In this document: piece after piece, positions 19,192 through 31,210 of the stretch
Position numbering within the stretch: position 1 is the stretch's first letter
Layout of the letters: the number at the start of each line of letters is the position of its first letter
Source: Prasinococcaceae sp. CCMP 1430
Lineage: Eukaryota; Plantae; Prasinodermophyta
Direction: 5' to 3'
NCBI GenBank assembly: GCA_013416795.1
Contig: RQSC01000005.1
Coordinates: 326,733-390,732 of the forward strand
DNA: 64,000 nt
Notes under the pieces: model-generated
What the model was told of the DNA's origin: nothing
The model's input: only the letters and a program-made list of their open reading frames with translations
Databases searched by the model: none
Made by a program: the position numbers and the translations under genes

Positions 19192-21069
19192 CTATGCTGC
19201 ATACGATGAGCCATACGACACGCAGGGCATGCGATAGGAGATGTAGCCGCTCTCTTGGTTGTAGTAGTCCAGGCAGCCGAGCATGGGCATTTGCAAGGCG
19301 ACGAAAAACAGCCCACCTTGCACCGCGATGACGTACGCCATGCACGTCAGTGTCAATTTGGGCACTTTGCTCAGCTTGAGCGCGTCTATGTCGATGTCCA
19401 GGTTCCGCGCGAGCGTGCCAATCTCTCCGATGGTTGCCAACACGAGCACGAGCAGAACCATCACGCGTGCAGAGATTGGGAAGACTGCGTAGCTCTCATC
19501 CTTGATTCCCATAATCGGCGCTATGATCGCGATTTGCCCGACCGCGACGATGTTCACCACCATAGTGATTAAGGACTCCGCGCCCATCAACTGTCTCTGC
19601 GAGTGGGTCGCGAGAAGCAGTTCGGCCTTGCGCTTGCCTAGGAGGAGACGCCACGGGTACAAGTCGCGATGCGGGAGGGTGAGCTTCGTGCACAGAGAGT
19701 AAAGGCTAGAGATGATGGAAGCAACCCCGACGTTGCTGATATCTGCGAGGGCGAACGAGGCCATCCACAAGTAGCGCGAAGCGAGGTCGAGAAACATTAA
19801 TTGGTAGAGCATCCATGAGTTCTGCCTGGGTGTGTGCCGCGCATTCTGCATGATGGGCAGGCGCACCACGAGGCGCATCATGCACGTAAGCAGCTCGAGC
19901 AAGATAGGCAAGGACACGTAGCGTTCGATGTAGCGGCTGATGGCAGGGCGGTCCGTGTCTGCAACGCCGGACCCTGAACTCTGCCAGAGCAAGACCATGG
20001 CATCGGCCATGGTAGTGAAGAGAAACAGGTATACCGAACAGCACATCAGTTGCACGGTTGCCCACGGGATGCCCACGGCGCCCTGCAGGTGGAGCGGAGC
20101 GAGCAAGAACCTAACGAGCAAGAAAACAGACACCTGGTTGAAAAGCCTCGACGGCTCCCCGTCGTACACCATCTAATAAGTCACCATCCCCAACGCCATG
20201 GCGGCGAGGGCGCCCATGTAGAGGCGGGAGGCAGGGCGCTTCGGGTACATTTGCCCCCAGGCGAAGACGTCCGTGAACACTGGCGCGCGCGTGTGCCAGA
20301 GCGTGTTTTGTGCGTGTATGCGTTAGCACGCGCGCCATCCCGAGCGCATCGCCGTTCAAGCCATGACGACGTGCTCTCTCGCGGGCGCATGCTCGCGGGC
20401 ACACGCTGTTCGCACCTAAGCCCACCTGAATGAAGTGCACCACGAGCTTGACCCAGAAGACCACGCGTGCATCGGGCGCGTCCTCGACCGGCGTGGATTC
20501 CTTCGAGAAGAGGGATCGGAGAAATGGAAACGTCATTGCGGAGCCAGTGTGGCCAGCTAGAATTTCGTCCTGCGGTCATTTTCGCGCACAGGGCGCGCGC
20601 GCGTGTGGGCCGCGTGATGAGTCAGACGTGCACATAAAGCACGTGGGCGTGGGGCACCACGGCGGGACGGAGACGTGCGCGTCAGCTAAAGGGAGGAGAA
20701 TGGCGGCTGCGCGGGAGAGCGAACGCTCGCTCGTACTTTGAAGATGTAGTTGTTCACCACTAGCATGTATGCGTACCCAACTCCTCCAGCTGCTAAGAGA
20801 CACACGACAGCGAAGGCAGCGTACGAAAGCACGAGCTTCATGCCAGCGGCCGCGCGCGCCCGCGCAGCTCGCGCATCGACGACGGGGAAGTGCATGTCGA
20901 GAGGGCTCAGACATGCCTTCGACGCGCTTCCCTTCGAGTCAGCCCGCACCGCGTCGGAGGCTAGAGCATATTCGTCGAGGAGAGGGTGGGCGCGCATCGT
21001 CTCGGCGTGCCCGTCTTCAACCTCGTCATCGCCGGATGCGCGGGGCCCGCCCCCGGCCCGGGAATTCAT
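19192..21069 (-). CDS. Multi-pass membrane protein, three exons, with an in-frame TAG (possible pseudogene)
   Basis: Introns 20570-20736 and 20280-20415 join hydrophobic exons in frame; TAG at 20173-20175 interrupts exon 3. Start codon uncertain (21069, 20997 or 20895). Confidence 0.6.
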
Positions 21070-21257
21070 CGGGCGCGCACGCGCGTGAATGCCAGAGCAC
21101 GGTGCTTGTTTAGCGCTGGCGGGTACCCTCGAGTGCGCGACGCGTGGCGAAGAGGATCGGTCCGTCTGCGCGACGCGCGTCCGGCCTCGCACGCGCTCTG
21201 GCGCGCGCGCGCCCACGCGCGGCGCCCCCGGCCGCTGCGCTTCGCGGCTCGCCGAGC

Positions 21258-21736
21258 NNNNNNNNNNNNNNNNNNNNNNNNNNNNNNNNNNNNNNNNNNN
21301 NNNNNNNNNNNNNNNNNNNNNNNNNNNNNNNNNNNNNNNNNNNNNNNNNNNNNNNNNNNNNNNNNNNNNNNNNNNNNNNNNNNNNNNNNNNNNNNNNNNN
21401 NNNNNNNNNNNNNNNNNNNNNNNNNNNNNNNNNNNNNNNNNNNNNNNNNNNNNNNNNNNNNNNNNNNNNNNNNNNNNNNNNNNNNNNNNNNNNNNNNNNN
21501 NNNNNNNNNNNNNNNNNNNNNNNNNNNNNNNNNNNNNNNNNNNNNNNNNNNNNNNNNNNNNNNNNNNNNNNNNNNNNNNNNNNNNNNNNNNNNNNNNNNN
21601 NNNNNNNNNNNNNNNNNNNNNNNNNNNNNNNNNNNNNNNNNNNNNNNNNNNNNNNNNNNNNNNNNNNNNNNNNNNNNNNNNNNNNNNNNNNNNNNNNNNN
21701 NNNNNNNNNNNNNNNNNNNNNNNNNNNNNNNNNNNN
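21258..21736. other. Assembly gap (N run)
   Basis: N run in a divergent promoter region. Confidence 1.
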
Positions 21737-21885
21737 CCGACCGCGCCCTCTGTCCCGCCGCGCGGCTGCGCGGTTGCCGCGCCGGTGGCCGCGGCCGCGC
21801 CGGCGTGCGCGCGAGAGAAGGGCTGTGTGTGGGTGTGGGGGGGGAGGGGTTCAGGGGGGGCTGCTGCGCGCACGCACGCGCCGCC

Positions 21886-22416
21886 ATGGCGGAGGTGCAC
21901 GTGATCGGCGAGATCGTCGGGGCGGAGGGGTTCTCCGCGTCGAGCCTCTTCTGCAAGTGGGGCGCCGTCGCGGGCAGCCAGTGGGTGCTGCTGGAGGGCG
22001 ACGAGCAGGGGCAGACGCACGTCGACGTGGCGGAGGACGGCGCGCCGGCGGTGTGGGCGCACCCGCTCGACGTACACTACCTCACCAAGGGGCTGACGGG
22101 TTGGCCGAAGCTCTTCTTCCAGGTGTGGTCGCAGGACGTGCACGGGCGCTCCGACCTCGCGGGCTACGGGTTCGTGCACGTGCCGACCGCGGCGGGGGTG
22201 CATGAGGTAGAGGTGGCGACCTGGCAGCCGGAGGGTACTGTGGGGGAGCGCCTGAGCGCCGCGCTCGTGGGCGGCGCGCCGCGCCTGCTGCAGGAGGAGC
22301 TCGTCTACGCCGCGGGCGACAGGTACCGCCTGCAGACGCGCTCCGCGGGCACCGTCAGGCTCAACCTCAGCGTCATCTTCAAGGACTTCGACCAGCACAA
22401 CATCAGCTGGAGCTGA
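21886..22416 (+). CDS. B9D2: B9-domain transition-zone protein B9D2/MKSR2
   Basis: MAEVHVIGEIVGAEGFSASSLFCKW...GQTHVD...WAHPLDVHYLTKGLTGWPKL...DRYRLQT. Confidence 0.95.
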   Translation: MAEVHVIGEIVGAEGFSASSLFCKWGAVAGSQWVLLEGDEQGQTHVDVAEDGAPAVWAHPLDVHYLTKGLTGWPKLFFQVWSQDVHGRSDLAGYGFVHVPTAAGVHEVEVATWQPEGTVGERLSAALVGGAPRLLQEELVYAAGDRYRLQTRSAGTVRLNLSVIFKDFDQHNISWS

Positions 22417-22751
22417 GCGCAGCCTGCAACGCCGCAGCGTCATACGCAGGCCCGCCGGCCGCCGCGACCCGGTCTGCACGGACATACCGCGTGCGCGCGG
22501 GGCCGGGCGGCGCGCGCGCGACGTGTCGCACTGGGGCGCGGGCGGGCTCGCGCGCGAGCAGCAGGCGCGTGTTGGCGGGCGCAGGCGCTGTGCCCTTGCG
22601 CGGTGCCTCCACTGTAGAACCAAACAAGCTCTGCCGCAAGCGGGCCATCGAGGGGGGCGCGCGCCGCGCGTGAGCGCGGCGCGAGAGGATAAATTGGCAC
22701 GCGCTTTGCCAGGCAAGCCGGCCAGCCAGCGGCTCGCGGAGGGGGTGGGGC

Positions 22752-24770
22752 GTGTGTGTCCACGTGGTGTGCGTGCCTCGATGCGCCTGGTCGCAGCTGA
22801 TCGCAAATGAGTTACCCGATGGCGTGCGCGCGCGCAAGAAGCGCTCTCAACGACGGAGCGTGCTTCCGCTGCCGTGCCGCAACCGCCGCGACTCAGGCGT
22901 ACGCGAGGGCTGGCATGGCAGCTGCGAGCCGCGCGGCGCACGCGTCGGCGCTGGGCAGGCCCTCGCCCCTCCCGCCGCTGCCTTCCCACGCACCGCCGCC
23001 GCGCACGAGCGGCTCGACGCGCGCGTGGTGGCGCTCGGTGCGGATGACGCGCTGCACCTGCAGGCGACGCGCTACACCCGCACGCAGGCCTTCACCTCAA
23101 ACACGCCGCTCATCACCGAGGATGGCAGCGGCGGCGCCGCTGGTGCACTCGCTCTCGACGTGCGGACATTTCGCAACTGGCGCGTAGAAGATGTCACGGG
23201 TGGCGCCGTGCTGGAGGTGCAGTTCTCCAAGCGTGACGTGCCGCGCATCGTCAGGCGTCCATCGGCGGCGCTGGCGGGTCCTGCCGCCTCGCTGGCCGGC
23301 GACGCAGCGCCAACCAAAGGAGAGCGCTCCACTGGTCTCACCAAGGTCATCGATGGGAGCAGCGTGCGAGACGGCGCACTCGTGCGGCCTCACGAGCGCG
23401 TGCGGCCTCACGACCGCACTAAGCGCAGGCTGCTGGCTGAGGACGCGCCCGTACTGCGCGCGGTGGGGGTGGCGGACGCTCAAGGCCGTGTGAAGCCCTC
23501 GCGGCGCGCCAAGTACGTGCAAGTGTGCGAGTTCCTGCGCGTGCTCGACTCGGGCACGCGCGCGGCGCTCAAGGCGGGTCGTCTGCCCCCGCCCACCCGC
23601 GAGCGCCCCTGGCGAATGGCCGACCTCGGTTGCGGCAACGCTTACCTCACCCTAGCAGCGTACACGCATCTCTGCGCGCTCGCGGGGGAGCTCTGCGGCG
23701 GGGCCGAAGATGCGGGCTCGGACTCGGACTCGGGCGCGCACAGCGAGGGCGACAAGGGTGTGAGCGCGGCGGGAGCTCACAGCGTGCTTGTGGAGGCGGT
23801 GGGCGTCGACCTGAAGCGGCAAGCGCGAGAGCGAAACAGCGCGCTTGCTCGCGAGCTCGGGTGGGACCGCAGCGTGCGCTTCGTGGAGGGGCTGATCGGC
23901 CCTGCTCCGCTTGCCTTCCCGACGAGGCGATCAGAAGATGCGGAGGAGGTACGCGGCCTCGTGCGGGTTCTCCACCGCATAGTCTTGCATTCATCCATCC
24001 CGATCCACCCACGCGCACTCACGAACAGGCTGCCCATGTACATCGGATGTTGCACTCGCTGACACTACTGCGCGTGCTCGCACGTCACCCGCGTAGGGGG
24101 GCTTCCCAGACATTGTACTAGCGCTGCACGCGTGTGACACAGCGAGCGACGATGCGCTGGCCGCGGGTGTGCGCTGGCGAGCACCGCTTGTGCTCGCCGC
24201 ACCGTGCTGCCACAAGCAGGTCCAGCGGCAGCTTGAGAGGGCCGCAAAGGTGCGCACGCGCTGGCTTGCGAGCAAAACGGGCCACTCGGCCGGCGACGGC
24301 CGCAATGGTAGAGCGATTGCCGTTGCTGACGAGTTCGCGGACTCGCTTTTTTGCACTTGGCTCAGGGCAAGCGAGGCGGCGCCAGCAAGCACAAGCAGGG
24401 CGTATCAGCAAAGGGCGGCGCGGCGACGGCCACCGTGGACACCTCTGACGATGAAGGTGCGCTCACCGAGCCCGCGTTGATGCCTCTGCTCAAGCAGGGT
24501 CTTCTCCGCGAGCGCCTGGGCGACGTGGTCGCAGACGCGTCGCGCGCCCACGTGCTGCGCCTGCTGGGCTGGCGAGTGGACGCCATCGAATTCGTGGACG
24601 CCACACACACGCCCAAGAACGTGTTGCTGCGCTGCACGCGCACGGACGCACCCGCGCCGCGCGCGGCGTGGGAGGAGTGGGACGCCATGCGCGCCCTGCT
24701 GCGGGTGGCGCCGCACCTGGCGGAGCTGCTGGCGGAGGATCTCGCGGCGGCCAGGCCCGCACCTAGGTAG
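22752..24770 (+). CDS. Class I SAM-dependent methyltransferase (Methyltransf_32-like, bacterial-type family); start uncertain
   Basis: MADLGCGNAYLT, DIVLALHACDTASDDAL, APCCH, IEFVDATHTPKNVLLR; introns 23949-24096 and 24250-24365 splice in frame. Confidence 0.85.
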
Positions 24771-24872
24771 AATGGATCCCCGCGCGTGTGGGTGCACCTA
24801 TGGTCTTTCTTACTCTTGCCTCAATGACTCGCCACTGAGTCGCCAGCCGCCATCTCTCTGCCGGCGCCTGAC

Positions 24873-25766
24873 CTACGCTCGCGCGCTGCTTTCGCGCGTC
24901 TGCTGCGCGTTGGTGCGCTCATCGCTCGACACGCTCGGGCGCGTGCGCTGCTTGGAGCGCTTGTCGCTCTCTCTGGGACCTCCGAGCGGGCCCAGCGCCA
25001 GCAGCACAGCAAGGCCCAACGCCTCTGCGAGTGCCACAGCTCTCCAGACCCTCTTCGCTCTGCAGGGGCGTCTGTCGGCCAAACTAGTTGTGTCATGCGA
25101 TGAAGACGCTCTGCGAGTGCCTCCCTTGGAGGGCGGTACATCGGGTGATGAGGCATCTGAATCGATCGATCGCGTGTCGATGTGGTCGGTGTAAGCGGTG
25201 CCTGCCATGGCCGCTCTTGTATCGTCCTCCGCTGGGGCCACCGGAACGAGGGTCGACACAGGCGACCCCGGGGCAGGTGCACGCGCGCTCCGTAGAAGGC
25301 TGCCCGTGTTGCCACCTTTGCCCATGATACCGCTGCCCCCTTGGCGTTTTTGAATGCCGGCCGTCGTCGTGAGAGACCGTTGCGAGGAGCTGAGGTCGCG
25401 CTCGTCGAAGCTGCGCGAACGCCTGCTTGTGTCGAGCGGGCGTCGCGGCTGCGCAGTTTGAGTCTGGGAGGGGCTAGTGCTAGATGCCCTTGCTCTGCCT
25501 CGGCCGCCGCCGTTGATGACCCCAATCTCCTCTTCTTCGAGCATTCGCGTGCTGAAGGCGCGCAAGCGGCGCTCAGCTGAGCGCGCGCGGCGCTCGGCGG
25601 CCCTCCGTCGGCGCTCGAGCTCGTCGGCCGCTGCGAGCGCTGCGCGCACGGCGCTCTCCGCGGCGGCGGCGACAGCTCCTGCATCCGCGCCCACATCAAC
25701 GCCAGGCGCCCTGGCACGCTCGGCGAGCGGCGTACCCATCCTCTCCTCGGCCGCGCACCCGCTCAT
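24873..25766 (-). CDS. Hypothetical protein with N-terminal coiled coil and C-terminal hydrophobic stretch
   Basis: 297-aa ATG-initiated ORF (ELERRRRAAERRARSAERRL); no family recognised. Confidence 0.45.
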   Translation of the reverse strand: MSGCAAEERMGTPLAERARAPGVDVGADAGAVAAAAESAVRAALAAADELERRRRAAERRARSAERRLRAFSTRMLEEEEIGVINGGGRGRARASSTSPSQTQTAQPRRPLDTSRRSRSFDERDLSSSQRSLTTTAGIQKRQGGSGIMGKGGNTGSLLRSARAPAPGSPVSTLVPVAPAEDDTRAAMAGTAYTDHIDTRSIDSDASSPDVPPSKGGTRRASSSHDTTSLADRRPCRAKRVWRAVALAEALGLAVLLALGPLGGPRESDKRSKQRTRPSVSSDERTNAQQTRESSARA

Positions 25767-26030
25767 GGTTGTCTGTCAGGGGCCGTGCGCGCTCCCGCCC
25801 CCGCCGTGGGCCCCCGCGGTGCGCCGGGTCAGTTCGCCCCCGGCGGGAGGGGGGGAGGGGGTACGGGAGGAGAGGGGAAGGACGGGGGGGTCACACGAGG
25901 GGGTGAGCGCGATGTTCGCGCGCAGTGGCGCCCCCCCCCCCCCGGTCCCTCGCCCGCCGACCCCCGCGAGCGCCCCGCGCGACGGCACCGGTCGCCCGCT
26001 CCCGCTGCCAACAGCCTCGCGCGCAAAGCG

Positions 26031-26060
26031 AAACCAAACCAAACCAAACCAAACCAAACC
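26031..26060. repeat. (AAACC)6 microsatellite
   Basis: Six exact units. Confidence 0.95.
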
Positions 26061-26264
26061 TGAGCGCGTGACGTATATCATAGAAATATCACATATACCA
26101 ACGGGAGAGTCTTTTTCCACATCGGATTTCGATTCCGATTTGAGCTGCGTTTCGACGCTTTGGCGGGCAACGTTTGTTGTCTCGCGTCGCCGCGCGCCGC
26201 CCGCGCTCAGTGCTGCCACAGCGCAGGTCCCGTGCGCGGCGAGCGCGCGGGGGCGAGGGGCGCC

Positions 26265-26376
26265 ATGGGGGCACCCTCGGCGCTGGCGACGGCGTATCTG
26301 GTGGGGTACAACGCCGCGGCCGCGGCGGGCTGGGCGTACGTGCTCGCGGCGGTCGTGGGCTACGCGGCGGCGCTGC
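26265..26376 (+). pseudogene. 5' fragment of a HACD/PTPLA (PASTICCINO2-like) 3-hydroxyacyl-CoA dehydratase
   Basis: MGAPSALATAYLVGYNAAAAAGWAYVLAAVV resembles the HACD first transmembrane helix; no HACD continuation downstream. Confidence 0.6.
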
Positions 26377-26383
26377 CACGAGC

Positions 26384-27541
26384 CAGGAGGAGGCCGCCAA
26401 GCTCGTGCGTCGCGCGCCCCTTCAAGCGCATGCCGCTTCGTCTCCCACCGCCGCGCGCGCCGGGCGCCGCCACATCATGCCGCGCCAGGCGCTCACGCGC
26501 ACATGCTCACTCGCGCCGCATCCATGTCCCCCCCCCCCCCCCCCCCGTCTGAAGGCTGAGTTCGAGAAGCGCGTCGACCCCTCTAACAAGGAGCAGATGT
26601 CGCTGCTCGAAGAGATGGTACGCCGCCGCCGTACGCGCAGCGCATCGTGTGCTTCCACGACGCGCGAAACCAGGGCGCCGAAGCGGCGCTCCCTCCCTCC
26701 ATTCCCTCCCTGCGTGGCGCACTGACTCTACCCCCGTTCCCTCCCCCACCTCGCAGCGCGAGCACACCAAGAAACTCGAGGAGGCACGCCAATTCGAGGA
26801 TCCGAGGCTGTCGTTCTCCACTCCTGAGTTCAAGGAGGCGAGCCGCATCTTCACAGAGCAATGTGCGTGCCGCGCGCGCGGCATGTCTGGGGCGCGTCTT
26901 AGTCAGAGCTACTTTGGTGGAGTAAGAGGAGTGGGAGGGGAAGGGAGAGAAGGGGTGTGGAGGGCACGGTGTGCCCGCGAGCGCGTGCGCTCCGATCGCA
27001 ATACATGCGTGCGGGAAGGCGAAGCGACGCGTGCGCGCGCGCTATCTCGTGCAGGGCCTCTCGCGTCGCACCTTGACTCGCGACGAGTAGCAGCGACGAC
27101 AGTGCGCGGGGCCACCCACTGCAACGCCTTTGGCTCGCGCACGCGCGCCTACAGCTACGCCGCGCTAACGCACGCACGCGCGCTCTCCGCTACCCCCTTT
27201 CCACCCCTCCGCAGTCCAAAACAATTTCGGACGCCCATTCGAGTGGGCCTTGGTGAAGCGCCATCCGTGGTCGGAGGAGGTGCTTGAGAAGCTGACGGAC
27301 GAAGACGGGAACCCTGCACCCGTGGATAAGGTGCGCGTGCATGCACAGGCGCGTGTGCATGCGCACGCGCATACGAGTGCGCTTGCGCGTACAGGCTGTG
27401 AGCTGGAGCCACGCGTATCCTCGTACATGCAAATCCTTGTTGTTGACCCCACCACGTATCTGCACGCGCACGCTCTCACGCACGCAGGATGGCAACCCGT
27501 GGCCGCTGGACAAGGATGGCAAGCCCATCCTCACGCAGTAA
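26384..27541 (+). CDS. 3' five exons of an unidentified small protein
   Basis: Introns 26405-26554, 26618-26756, 26863-27214 and 27331-27487 give QEEAAKLAEFEKRVDPSNKEQMSLLEEMREH...FSTPEFKEASRIFTEQFQNNFGRPFEWALVKRHPW...GKPILTQ-stop. Confidence 0.75.
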
Positions 27542-27749
27542 GCGTCGAGGCGGCAAGGGCCTGCGACGTCGCGTCGCGTCGAAGGCTGGCGGCGATACAG
27601 GCGTCCGCGCGCGCGCGCGCATGCTCACGTCGACACAGAGAGAGAGAAAAAAAAAAATAGACGCACGCGGACGTGCGCACACATGCGCGCCTCTCCATTG
27701 CTAATGTTCACCGTTTACATGCGCGTGTGATCCCACGCGCTGCCATCGT

Positions 27750-30266
27750 CTATGTGTCCCCGTAGCACTCGTCAGCGACTGTATCGCCAGCACCCTCGGC
27801 CGTGTCTTGCCCGGCACCTTCGCCGGCGCCTGGAGCGGCGGCGCCCAGGGCAGCAGAAACGGCCGATGGCGTCTCAGCGCGGTCAGGACACTCATTCTTG
27901 TCTGAGCCAGCCGCAGCGGCGGGAAGGACGACAGCGGCAGCGGGTACGGCAGTCTCTTTGCCCTGTTGAGTAAGCAGGGGCTCGTGAGTCTTGTGGGCCT
28001 CGCTCGCCTTGTTGGCGAAGCTTGGCGGCCGAGAGGCCAGACTCTGCTCGACGCTCGCTTCCACGAAGAGCGATCTGCGCTTGAGTGCGCGTGCGACTGC
28101 TGACTTGGCAATGCACGCGCCCGGATGCGCCACAGGCACGCGCAGCCGCGCGGGGCCAAGCACGCTCGCGCTCGCGCGGCGATCGCCATTGACGTAGCTG
28201 CTAATCTCGCCGAAGCTCCCGCGGCTTGGGCACCTACGCAGCGGCGTGTGCAGCGGCGCAGCGACGCCTGGCCTCGACTGCAGCGGGTCGAACGCTGGCA
28301 GCTGCGGCAGGCCGCTCTGCGGAGCAGAGCCGTCATCGGCGTCGTCGTCGTTGCTGCCATTCTCGTTTCCCACAGAGGCCTTCCGTAATGCATGCTTCGA
28401 GGTGAGCCCCTCTGTGTTTGCAGCTTCGAACGTCGTGCGCAGGCCGGCCTCAGTCTCCTTGAACACCACTTGCACGAGCTCGGCCACAGACTGGCGCGGC
28501 ACAGAGGACGCGGAAAGTCTCGGAGCCTCTTTGACGCACGAAGTTTCCGCGCCAGTGCGCACCGCATCCCTTTTTGCGCGCACGGCCATCACCACGGCTT
28601 CTGCCGCCTTCACGCTCAGCTCGACAGCCCCGACTCGAGTGCGTGCCTCGTTGACATCCTGCGCCAGCTCCGCGCCTAGAAGCTCGTCCACTTCCGTGGA
28701 GACCTCCTCGTCTGCCACGCTGATCAAAAGGTTCAGTGCGTCCGCAGCGTGCCTCTGCGCTTCGTAGCTGCCGCGATTGGCGAGCGCGCACAGCAGCACA
28801 GGCACAGCACCGGCGCGCACGCAAGCGCGCGCACATTTGTCGGGCGCATCACTGTCCGCCACGAACGTAGCCAGGAACTTTGAAGCTGCACCCTGCTGCA
28901 TCGAGTCTGCCCGCGTCGGTGCCAGAGGAAGCGCCAGGTCGTCATCGTCCGCAGGCGCTGTGGATGCCGCTCCTTGGTCTGCAGTCCAATCGCTGCTCAC
29001 ATGTTGGACATCCTTGCCACCCCTGGGACAAGCAGCGTGTTCTCCTTCGCCGTCGTGGCCTCCATAATCACCATCGCCAGTGCCAGTATTGATAAAACAC
29101 ACGTGTGACTTCCTTCTGTGGGAGCTGGTCGCGTTGCGCTCGGCCGCCGCCTCGGCCTCGTTCTCCTCGCGGATCTCATCGGCTGTCGCGTGCGCAGCAG
29201 CGTCCATTGCTTCACACAGGGCGCGTGCGATCACATCATCGACACAACTAACACCCTCGTTGATTGCGCCACTGGGGGCACCGATGGTGTTGGGCGGCGG
29301 CGTGCAAAGCGCGCGCAACAGCTTTAAGAGTGCATTGGCTTCGTCTTGCACCGTGAGGTTGGAGCTTCTCAGCATTGCCACCGCCGCCCCCACACCCGCT
29401 CGAGCAAGTGACGCGAATGCATTACGCTCACCTTGGTCATTAGCACGGGCGCCGACAATTTGGCGTGGCGCACCTGGTGGGTTGACGATTTCGTGCGTCG
29501 ACGAGAAAAGCGCTCGCGTTGCCTGCGCAGCGCGACACTGTGCAGAGTTCAGCGTGGCTGCTGTGCCATCAGCCTCAGCCTCCACGGCCTCATCGTTCAC
29601 CTGACGGAGCGCCGTGAGCGCAGTGACGAGGATGTGCGTCGCAAACGTGTGGTTGCTGCGACCCAGATTGACAAGCAGTAGCTGTGCGGCGGCCTGCGTG
29701 GGCTCTTCCTGCGCGCCGACCAGCGCGCTGGCCACCAGCAACGCGCCGTTGTGGCGGCAGAGCAGCTCCCTGTAGCGCCGCCCCGCACTGGCGACGTGGT
29801 GCAGCAGCTGCAGAGCCGCACACTTGTCGGCCTCACTCAGGGCATCCACAGCGAGGATGTCGAGCGCAGTGATCACTCCGCCCGTCTCGACGAACTCGGC
29901 CAGGAAACGGCTGGCATTGCTCTCAGCCACGAAGATGGAGATAGCAGCCAGAAGCGACTGCACGCCCAAGCCTAGCAGGTACGTGAGCCTGAGCCACGCG
30001 CTGAGCCGCGCGAGCAATAGCGATGCGCCGTCGCCGTACTCAAGCTCGAGCTGCGGCCCCGTGCGGTTGCGGTTGGAAGCGGTGAAGGCGTCGAGCATGC
30101 GCAGCCGCTGCGAGCGCGTGCCACTATCCCACAGGCGCAGCCACGGCAACAATCCTGCTCCCCCCGACGCGCCGCGGCCAGCGGCTGACGAGCTGCTTTT
30201 GCGCCCCACAGCTCGCAAGGGCGCTCTGGACGGGGCCATGTCCGCCTGCAACCGCACCTGCGACAT
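27750..30266 (-). CDS. ARMH1: ARMH1/C1orf228-like armadillo helical protein
   Basis: WLRLWDSG...RMLDAF...ELEYGDGASLLLARLSAWLRLTY...RFLAEFVETGGVIT...SAGRRYRELLC follows the ARMH1 N-terminus as I recall it; TGTAA (minus) at 27715. Confidence 0.75.
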   Translation of the reverse strand: MSQVRLQADMAPSRAPLRAVGRKSSSSAAGRGASGGAGLLPWLRLWDSGTRSQRLRMLDAFTASNRNRTGPQLELEYGDGASLLLARLSAWLRLTYLLGLGVQSLLAAISIFVAESNASRFLAEFVETGGVITALDILAVDALSEADKCAALQLLHHVASAGRRYRELLCRHNGALLVASALVGAQEEPTQAAAQLLLVNLGRSNHTFATHILVTALTALRQVNDEAVEAEADGTAATLNSAQCRAAQATRALFSSTHEIVNPPGAPRQIVGARANDQGERNAFASLARAGVGAAVAMLRSSNLTVQDEANALLKLLRALCTPPPNTIGAPSGAINEGVSCVDDVIARALCEAMDAAAHATADEIREENEAEAAAERNATSSHRRKSHVCFINTGTGDGDYGGHDGEGEHAACPRGGKDVQHVSSDWTADQGAASTAPADDDDLALPLAPTRADSMQQGAASKFLATFVADSDAPDKCARACVRAGAVPVLLCALANRGSYEAQRHAADALNLLISVADEEVSTEVDELLGAELAQDVNEARTRVGAVELSVKAAEAVVMAVRAKRDAVRTGAETSCVKEAPRLSASSVPRQSVAELVQVVFKETEAGLRTTFEAANTEGLTSKHALRKASVGNENGSNDDDADDGSAPQSGLPQLPAFDPLQSRPGVAAPLHTPLRRCPSRGSFGEISSYVNGDRRASASVLGPARLRVPVAHPGACIAKSAVARALKRRSLFVEASVEQSLASRPPSFANKASEAHKTHEPLLTQQGKETAVPAAAVVLPAAAAGSDKNECPDRAETPSAVSAALGAAAPGAGEGAGQDTAEGAGDTVADECYGDT

Positions 30267-31210
30267 GACGCTCCACGCGCTGCAGCCCTCGCGCGACCCT
30301 CTGGTACGAGGGCGCCCGAAAGGGTGCGCGGGCGAAGGCAAGGCACTTCGCGGCACACGCGTGCGCGCGCGCGGGGCGCCGGGCGCGTGCCGGCACACCC
30401 GCAGTCGCGCCGCCGCGTCGCCCGCCCGGTCGCAGCCCTACCCCGTGTCCTGTGGTGCCTTCATTCATGCGCCCCGCCCACACCAGCGTCGGGGGCAGCC
30501 GCTGCTGCCCCGCCGCCCGCTGCGTCGACGCCTCACGCGCGTGGGGCGCAGCAGGAACGAACGGGCACGCACGCGGCGCGCGGCGCCACGGCTGCACCCG
30601 GCTGCCACGCCCGGCTGGCAGGCGGGCGTCTGCGTTCGCGCATCCCCAACTCCAGATCAATTGCCCTGCCACCTGGCTGGCTTGGCACCCCCTGCCGGGT
30701 CGGCAGGTCGGTCGGCCGGCCGGTCGGTGGGTCGGTCGGGGCACGATCTCACTACTCTCTCTGACTGACTGCCTGATGGATATTGTTGGTTGAAGGTGGC
30801 GTGCGTCGCCGCCGCCGGCGCGGCGCGGCGCGGCCCCCATCCATTCCATCCGCGCGCAGCCGGTGCGGCGCGGCGGCGGCGTCGGGCCGCCGGCCGGCCG
30901 GTTCTCGCGCGCGTCGGTCGGGGAACCGCCCGCGCGCGCCAGTCATCCCTCAGCCAAAAGTCCCGGTTTGCCCATTTTCCCCTGCGACGCTCCGCGAAAC
31001 GCGCGGCCGGCCGCAAGCCGCGCGTGCACCCAACCGCCGCGGCACCCGCCAACAAAATACTCTGAAAATTTTGAGATTCGCAACATCTTTTTGAAAAATC
31101 GGCGATTTTTTCCATCGAGGTTCGGTTCGCCGCGGCTGGTTTTCAATTGATGATTTTTTGAGGGGGGGAGGTACATACAGTACAGGCACAGGCCATGGAG
31201 GGTGGGATGC

